12,493 nt of DNA from a bacterium. Its GTDB lineage: Bacteria; RBG-13-61-14; DATKZS01. The translations under genes were made by a program, and so were the position numbers. Shown piece by piece: positions 7,017-12,493 of this stretch. Within the stretch, counting starts at the first letter, position 1, and every line of letters begins with the position of its first letter. The notes below the pieces were generated by a model, which made no database searches, was not told where the DNA came from, and saw only the letters and a program-made list of their open reading frames with translations. The stretch is from NCBI GenBank assembly GCA_046484135.1, contig JAWOBU010000071.1, positions 1 to 12,493 on the forward strand. Reading direction: 5' to 3'.

Positions 7017-8636
7017 ATGAAACGGCTTGTGTTATTTCTGCTTATGTTTTTAACGGCAAGCATTGGCGCGGCGGAAGGCCGGGCCGACAGAGCCGCGGCC
7101 GACTACGACGTTGTGGTGATAGGCGCCGGCGGCGGGGGTCTGGCTTCTGCAGCCGCCCTTTCCCGGAACGGTTACGACGTTCTTCTTATCGAGCAGCATT
7201 ATAAACTGGGCGGCTACATGACGAGCTTCGAGCGGGGCGACTACACCTTCGAGGTCTCCCTGCACGCCATGGACGGGCTTGATCCGGGCGGCATGACCCG
7301 AGGCACTTTCGAGACCGTGGGCATCATGGACAAGGTGAAGCCCATCCGGCTCGATCCCATGTATCGGATCGTTTATCCCGAACACGACCTCGAGGTGCCG
7401 GGGGACCCGGCGGAGTACAAAAAGCTGCTGCAGCGGGAGTTTCCGCAGGAAGCGGAGGGCATCGGTGAACTTTTCGATACCATGGATAAGATCGAAGAGA
7501 CCATGTCGAGTCTCACCGGCATGGTGGGAGAGAGCAGTCTGAAAGATAGACTCAAGAGCTCTTCGGTTCTTTTGAAGCCCTGGGTTTACTGGCCGGTGAT
7601 AAAGTACTGGAACCAGACCCTGAGCGAGATGCTGGACGATTTCATTAAAGACCGGGAACTGATCGCAGTCTTTACCCAGCTCTCGGCCTACGCCGGAGCA
7701 GAGCCGGACAACGTGTCCGCGCTTTTCTTTTCCGTAATGTGGACCAGTTATCACCTGGGCGGTTACTACTACTTCGAGGGTGGTTCCCAGGCGGTGTCGA
7801 ACGCCATGGCGGAAGTCATCAGGGAGAACGGAGGCGAGATTCTTCTTCAGAGCCTTGTTACCGACATTGTAGTGGAGGACGGCGAGGCCAAGGCGGTGGT
7901 TACCGAGGACGGGGAGAAGTACACCTGCAAGTGGGTGGTCTCGAACGCGAACGCTCCCGACACCTTCTTCAAGCTGGTCGGCCGCGAGCACCTTCCTTCC
8001 GATTACGTGAACGACATAGAGAACATGAAGATAGGCCTGTCCGCGTTCGTGGTTTACCTGGGAGTGGACCACGATTACACGGATGTGTTCGACGGAATGC
8101 ACCAGATCATGATCAACACGACCTATGATCCCGAGGAAAGCTTCCGGTACGTGTACGAAGGGGTGCCGGAAAAGACGGGCATGGCCATCGCCAATTACAG
8201 CACGGTAGACAAGACGGTAGCGTCCCAGGGCAAGAACGTGATCGTGCTTATCACCATGCTGCCCTACGACTGGAAAAATGGATGGTACGAAAACGAGAGC
8301 TACGCCAAGTATGACGCCCTCAAGCAGGACACCGCCGAGGTGCTGATAAAGAGGGCGGAGAAAACTTTCCTTCCCGGGCTTTCCTCTCACATCGAAAAGA
8401 TGGAGGTCGGCTCTCCCCGGACCATGGAGCATTACACCTTGAACCCCAAGGGGACCATATTCGGATGGGACAACATCCCCGAGCAGAGCTTGATGAAACG
8501 ACTTCCCCAACAGACGCCTATAGACAACCTTCTGCTGGCAGGGGCCTGGACATTTCCCGGCGGCGGCCAGTCCGCGGTCATGGCTTCCGGGGTCCTCGCC
8601 GCCGACGAAATAATGTCCGGCTCCGGCGTGAAATAA
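7017..8636 (+). CDS. NAD(P)/FAD-dependent oxidoreductase, phytoene desaturase (CrtI) / retinol saturase-like family, with N-terminal signal peptide
   Basis: YDVVVIGAGGGGLASAAAL...LLIEQH..LGGY (Rossmann GxGxxG), YTFEVSLH, YYFEGGSQA, VVSNAN, SAFVVYLG, GSPRTMEHYTLNPKGTIFG, TPIDNLLLAGAWTFPGGGQSAVMASG. RBS GGAGA upstream. Confidence 0.88.
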   Translation: MKRLVLFLLMFLTASIGAAEGRADRAAADYDVVVIGAGGGGLASAAALSRNGYDVLLIEQHYKLGGYMTSFERGDYTFEVSLHAMDGLDPGGMTRGTFETVGIMDKVKPIRLDPMYRIVYPEHDLEVPGDPAEYKKLLQREFPQEAEGIGELFDTMDKIEETMSSLTGMVGESSLKDRLKSSSVLLKPWVYWPVIKYWNQTLSEMLDDFIKDRELIAVFTQLSAYAGAEPDNVSALFFSVMWTSYHLGGYYYFEGGSQAVSNAMAEVIRENGGEILLQSLVTDIVVEDGEAKAVVTEDGEKYTCKWVVSNANAPDTFFKLVGREHLPSDYVNDIENMKIGLSAFVVYLGVDHDYTDVFDGMHQIMINTTYDPEESFRYVYEGVPEKTGMAIANYSTVDKTVASQGKNVIVLITMLPYDWKNGWYENESYAKYDALKQDTAEVLIKRAEKTFLPGLSSHIEKMEVGSPRTMEHYTLNPKGTIFGWDNIPEQSLMKRLPQQTPIDNLLLAGAWTFPGGGQSAVMASGVLAADEIMSGSGVK

Positions 8637-8673
8637 AACCGGCCCGGCAACTCATGAAAGACTGCAAGAAAGG

Positions 8674-9489
8674 ATGGACCTGAGAGAAATGTCCCTCCTC
8701 CGGAGCGTAAAGACCTTGATCGAAAATAATGGTGTTCTTTTTTTTGGCTTGGTGCCGGCTGCACTCACGGTGTTGGCCGTGGTCTGCTGGTGCGGGGTCT
8801 CATTGGGCCAGTCCGGCGAGGAGCGCCTCCGCCGGGCGCGGGAGGAGAAGCAGGAAAAGGTCGAGGCTTACTTTGAGAAGGCGGGCCTTTCCTACCCACC
8901 TTACCAGCTTTTCCTGCGCATCTTTAAAAAGCAGAAAAAGCTCGAGGTCTGGGCCCGCGCCGGCAGGAGCTCAAAGTTCAAGCTGGTCAAGAAGTATGAT
9001 GTCTGCAAGCTTTCGGGGGTCCTCGGTCCGAAGCGCAAGCAGGGCGACCTCCAGGTCCCGGAAGGCTTTTATCATATAACCGGTTTCAATCCCCACAGCA
9101 AGTTCCATCTTTCCATGCGCATCAACTACCCGAACCGCTCCGACAAAAAGCTGGGCGACAAGAACGACCCGGGCGACGATATCTTCATCCACGGCGACTG
9201 CGTAACCATAGGCTGCGTGCCCATCCGGGACGGTCCCGTAAAAGAGCTTTACATCATGGCCCTGGACGTGAAGCTTCAAAGCCACACCCGCACACACGTG
9301 CATATCTTCCCCTGCCGCATGGACGGACAGGAATGTAAAAAGGAGTTGGAAAGGCTTTCTTCGGAAAACCCGCTGCTGAAAAAATTCTGGAGCACTCTGC
9401 GGCCCGGCTATGAACACTTCGAGAAAAAGCGAGTGCTTCCTGACATCAATGTGGGTAATGACGGCTACTACGAGATCGCCGGGGATTGA
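8674..9489 (+). CDS. L,D-transpeptidase (YkuD) family protein, YafK/DpaA(LdtF)-like; start codon uncertain (8674 or 8689)
   Basis: LRIFKKQKKLEVW, SGVLGPKRKQGDLQVPEGFY, NPHSKFHLSMRINYPN and the catalytic IFIHGDCVTIGC. N-terminal hydrophobic segment. Confidence 0.88.
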   Translation: MDLREMSLLRSVKTLIENNGVLFFGLVPAALTVLAVVCWCGVSLGQSGEERLRRAREEKQEKVEAYFEKAGLSYPPYQLFLRIFKKQKKLEVWARAGRSSKFKLVKKYDVCKLSGVLGPKRKQGDLQVPEGFYHITGFNPHSKFHLSMRINYPNRSDKKLGDKNDPGDDIFIHGDCVTIGCVPIRDGPVKELYIMALDVKLQSHTRTHVHIFPCRMDGQECKKELERLSSENPLLKKFWSTLRPGYEHFEKKRVLPDINVGNDGYYEIAGD

Positions 9490-9523
9490 TCACGGCGGCA
9501 CTGACAGGCAAGACATCTTTTTC

Positions 9524-10423
9524 TTACCCGGATTGCTCGTAAGTCCCCTTTTCTTTGCCGTCCTCGTGAGGGCCTGCTATGTCCCCCAGCTCGCGGGCGC
9601 CCGCGGAAGTGGTGGAGAGTACAATCACGCCGGGTATGAGTACAACAATACCCAGGTACTGGGGCGGGCTGAGGTGGATGGTGTACACCAGGTACTCGAG
9701 AAGCAAGGGTATTAAAATGGTGAAGGAGTTCTGGCAGGGTACGACCACCACGGCCCGTGCCCGCAAGAAACCCACCTGGGTGACAGCCAGGGCGGAAACA
9801 CCGGCGACCATGGCCACGTAGGGATAGGGGTTTTTGAGCTGTCCCAGGAAGCTGCCGCCGGACTCGACCAGGGCTATGTCGGCGATGAACAAACCGATGC
9901 CGATGAACGTCCCGGCCAGGCACCCGAAGATGACGCCGTGCAGATTCCCGGTGACCAGGGTATATACGACCAGAAGAGCGAACGCCGCCATGATGATCCC
10001 GATGTAGGTAATAAGCTCGACGAGCACAAAGCTTGCCGGGTCTTCGATCGGGACCTCGAAGTAGGCGAGCACAGTGGTGCCGATAATCACCATTGCGCAG
10101 CCCGTTATCTCGCGGGGGCCGATCTTTTCCTTTAACACCAGCCAGGCAAAGATAACCAGGGCGATAAGGCCGATCCCCACCAGGGAGGAGATGGTGGAAG
10201 GCTTGTCCGTGAGGTTCATGGCATAGGAGAAGAGCCCGGCGCTGATGGTCGAGCCTATTACGCCCATAAGCCAAATCCTGCGGTCCCGGCGGTACTCGCG
10301 GGAAAACATGGCCCAGCCCTTGGTCAGAACATGGACCTTCATCTTCTGCACGCCATTGCCCAAGTTCATGGCAATGGCGCCAAGAGCTCCCACCGCCAGT
10401 CCGGCATAAAAAATCCAATCCAT
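9524..10423 (-). CDS. DMT-superfamily membrane transporter, NIPA (Mg2+ transporter)-like / EamA-related
   Basis: About 9 hydrophobic segments. N-terminal GAIAMNLGNGVQK, IWLMG, and IFAWLVLKEKIGPREITG (DMT 'LKE' motif). RBS AGGAG upstream. Confidence 0.75.
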   Translation of the reverse strand: MDWIFYAGLAVGALGAIAMNLGNGVQKMKVHVLTKGWAMFSREYRRDRRIWLMGVIGSTISAGLFSYAMNLTDKPSTISSLVGIGLIALVIFAWLVLKEKIGPREITGCAMVIIGTTVLAYFEVPIEDPASFVLVELITYIGIIMAAFALLVVYTLVTGNLHGVIFGCLAGTFIGIGLFIADIALVESGGSFLGQLKNPYPYVAMVAGVSALAVTQVGFLRARAVVVVPCQNSFTILIPLLLEYLVYTIHLSPPQYLGIVVLIPGVIVLSTTSAGARELGDIAGPHEDGKEKGTYEQSG

Positions 10424-10809
10424 TGTAAGCGTCTCCTGTTAAGTTATTTTTTTATCCGGCCCTTGCTTCCATTCCTACCATGACTATATGGTCTTTTACA
10501 AGCTTGGGGAGAAGTAATGAACTCCATAACAGGCAAAGGGTTCTTTGAGATAAGGACCGGCATGATTATAAACGCAGGTCAGGACCGGAAAATTGAAAGA
10601 AGCTTGTCCTGATTTTTTCAATCATAACGGTGGTTAAAAGAAAGGCCCGTGACAAGAGAACCCGGCGGCCATGCATTTTGTAGGTTCATTTTGGAAGGAA
10701 AGATCACTGTTTGCCGTCAATCAGCACAGTTGCGTCCCTGCTGGTGAGTTGATTTTGTGGAGTTCCCCGATTTTCGGAAGCTTCTGTTTGAAGAAGGTAC
10801 TTCTTAGCA

Positions 10810-11997
10810 TTAACTCAGTATCTCGGCCTTGAGTTTGTTACCCATCTCTTCGAGATCCTCGTTCAAAGGATATCCCAGAGTGCGCACCCTTATTTTCCCC
10901 ACCTTGACATCAACAGGACTGGTCAGTTGGATGGGGTAGATGAGAATGGCCTCGTTGCAGTCCCGGGATTCCGCATAGGCCACGACCTGGCTGATGTCAT
11001 CCATCGAAGGTTTATCATGGTCCTTGTACTTCGTTTCAAGGACGCAGAGGGTTTGATCGCTGATGTTGTCATATAGAACGAGGTCAATGTCGAAGTAGAG
11101 ATCGCGCTCTTCGCCGATGTAAACTCTTTCCTGGGCCCTGATGCTGTAACGGTGAGGCAGGTTCTTCTTTAGCCACTGCGCCACGAAAAGTTCAAACAGG
11201 CTGTTCATGTTTATCAGGAAGGACAACATGGTCCGGTCGCCGCTTTCATGGGTGGGGCCGGTATGCTCCAAGAAGAACCTGCACAGGGCATGGAGAGCCT
11301 GGTAATCTTCGTTAAGGCGGTGATAGAGCCTCCCCAGACAATCCGATGGATGGAACTGTTTGAGGCTTATCAGGCCGTGAGTTGAACGGTAGGCTTTTCT
11401 TATTGTCGGTAGCACGCGATCACTGCAAAGGCCGCTCCTGGCTATTACGAACAGAGTCCAGGCAATAAGCTGGTTATCTTCGATATCAGCCGTGTGCTTT
11501 TGATAGTGGCATTTGGGCTCGGCTTCCCAGGGCATCTTTATAAGCCGGTCCATATCAAGTCTTCCGCGTACATAAGGAAGGACCTGGCATTCATCAACAT
11601 AGCTGCGGTAAAGCCCTTTTATGGTTCTGTCCAGGAAGCGGAGGGCCAGTATATGAGCTATGCGCTCATAGAAATCCTTGAGAGATTTAAGGTCCCTAAG
11701 TCCATGCCCCAGCCAGTTGAGAGTATAAGCATACTCCAACATTCTGAAGAGCTTCGAAAGCTGCACTTTCGGCTGGATAGTTATTGAAAATTCGTCGTTG
11801 ATAGGGATGAGTCCTACCCGCCCTTGTGCGGTCAGCTTCCATTGATTGTCAGTGACAGGGGAGGGGAAATTAATATCAACCTTAGAGCTGTGATTCTGCC
11901 AGATGAGCTTGCCCACGTGCTCCGGTATCATCTCGCTTGGAAAGAAGCGGGGCTCGTACTCCATCAATTCCAGGTTGGTCCGGGCTTGTGGAGTCAT
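10810..11997 (-). CDS. mcrC: McrC-family restriction endonuclease subunit
   Basis: GRVGLI...ITIQPKV..LFRMLEYA, KGLYRSY, VRGRLD, HTADIEDNQL, YHRLNEDY, FLINMNSLFELFV, and the nuclease motifs IDLVL...VLETKYK and DISQVVAYA. I prefer ATG 11997 over the track's GTG 12027 because it overlaps the mcrB stop as ATGA. Confidence 0.9.
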   Translation of the reverse strand: MTPQARTNLELMEYEPRFFPSEMIPEHVGKLIWQNHSSKVDINFPSPVTDNQWKLTAQGRVGLIPINDEFSITIQPKVQLSKLFRMLEYAYTLNWLGHGLRDLKSLKDFYERIAHILALRFLDRTIKGLYRSYVDECQVLPYVRGRLDMDRLIKMPWEAEPKCHYQKHTADIEDNQLIAWTLFVIARSGLCSDRVLPTIRKAYRSTHGLISLKQFHPSDCLGRLYHRLNEDYQALHALCRFFLEHTGPTHESGDRTMLSFLINMNSLFELFVAQWLKKNLPHRYSIRAQERVYIGEERDLYFDIDLVLYDNISDQTLCVLETKYKDHDKPSMDDISQVVAYAESRDCNEAILIYPIQLTSPVDVKVGKIRVRTLGYPLNEDLEEMGNKLKAEILS

Positions 11998-12493
11998 CCA
12001 AGAATCCTTTCTTTCACCTTCTCCCACTTATAGTTCTTGGCTTTATCCGGCTGGTCAAAGAAGTATTCTTCGAGGTAAGGCTCGATCTCCATCCGCCATA
12101 TACCTTCTATATGTTGAGTGACATCATCCAGAAGGAAGAATGAAGGGCCGATTGAAAAATTGCTGTCCCATATCTGGTAGTTGATTTCTTCCAATAGACG
12201 AATCAAGCCCTCCGTCTTGAACCCTGTCCGCTCATGGAAGCGCCTCAGGATTTCGTATTCAGGGAAAAGCTCGATGCAGGCGAACCGCCTTCGAAGCGCA
12301 AAATCAACCAGGGCGATGGACCTGTCAGCCGTGTTCATGGTGCCGAGGATCCTGACGTTGCGAGGTATCGAAAACATATCGCCGCTGGCCAGAGGTATCT
12401 TCTTGTCCCTGTACTCAAGCAGGTACATAAGCTCTCCGAAGACCCTTGCAAGGTTGGCCCGGTTGATCTCATCAATGATGAGAACACAGGTGT
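11994..12493 (-). CDS. mcrB: McrB-family AAA+ GTPase, C-terminal part (5' end beyond the window)
   Basis: The frame is open to the window edge: TCVLIIDEINRANLARVFGELMYLLEYR (Walker B), then GTMNTADRSIALVDFALRRRF (McrB NTAD signature), IGPSFF and IEPYLEEYFFD. Confidence 0.93.
   Translation of the reverse strand, partial: TCVLIIDEINRANLARVFGELMYLLEYRDKKIPLASGDMFSIPRNVRILGTMNTADRSIALVDFALRRRFACIELFPEYEILRRFHERTGFKTEGLIRLLEEINYQIWDSNFSIGPSFFLLDDVTQHIEGIWRMEIEPYLEEYFFDQPDKAKNYKWEKVKERILG

Noticed and set aside
7050..8510. 486-aa antisense ORF opposite the flavoprotein
   Set aside because: It lies entirely within a well-supported gene on the other strand and has no recognisable motifs. Long shadow ORFs are expected from GC-rich codon bias.
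9468..10418. 316-aa same-strand alternative-frame ORF over the transporter
   Set aside because: Arg/Pro/Gly/His-rich composition typical of an off-frame read. The 9524-10423 frame has the RBS and the membrane-protein pattern.
10517..10612. 31-codon plus-strand ORF (MNSITGKGFFEIRTGMIINAGQDRKIERSLS) after GGGGAG
   Set aside because: Too short, no recognisable features, and no support without conservation or ribosome-profiling data.
11998..12027. Track start of mcrC at GTG 12027
   Set aside because: It would overlap mcrB by 34 nt. The in-frame ATG at 11997 gives the usual 4-nt ATGA coupling.

Overview
A GC-rich bacterial window of ordinary metabolic and cell-envelope genes, ending in a lower-GC restriction cassette. 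The gene content suggests an anaerobe, possibly deltaproteobacteria-like; this is inference only. Left to right: (1) the 3' end of a sulfatase-family gene missing from the ORF track; (2) a two-gene unit of a CCG/4Fe-4S (GlcF/HdrD-like) protein and a GlcD/VAO-type FAD oxidoreductase whose active-site motifs are non-canonical; (3) an intergenic 152-bp inverted doublet of palindromes (REP/REPIN- or MITE-like); (4) a Tat-exported Cys-type arylsulfatase followed by its anaerobic radical-SAM maturase (SPASM plus SEC-C), closed by a terminator-like hairpin; (5) a secreted SMP-30/gluconolactonase-type propeller, divergent from a phytoene-desaturase/RetSat-like flavoprotein with a signal peptide and a YafK/DpaA-like L,D-transpeptidase-family gene; (6) a NIPA/DMT-like membrane transporter; (7) mcrC and the 3' part of mcrB. 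No rRNA, tRNA, CRISPR array, transposase or integrase was seen. I cannot demonstrate a new system from sequence alone. The best leads are the palindrome doublet, the atypical FAD/Fe-S dehydrogenase between two sulfatases, and the McrBC whose specificity domain lies outside the window.
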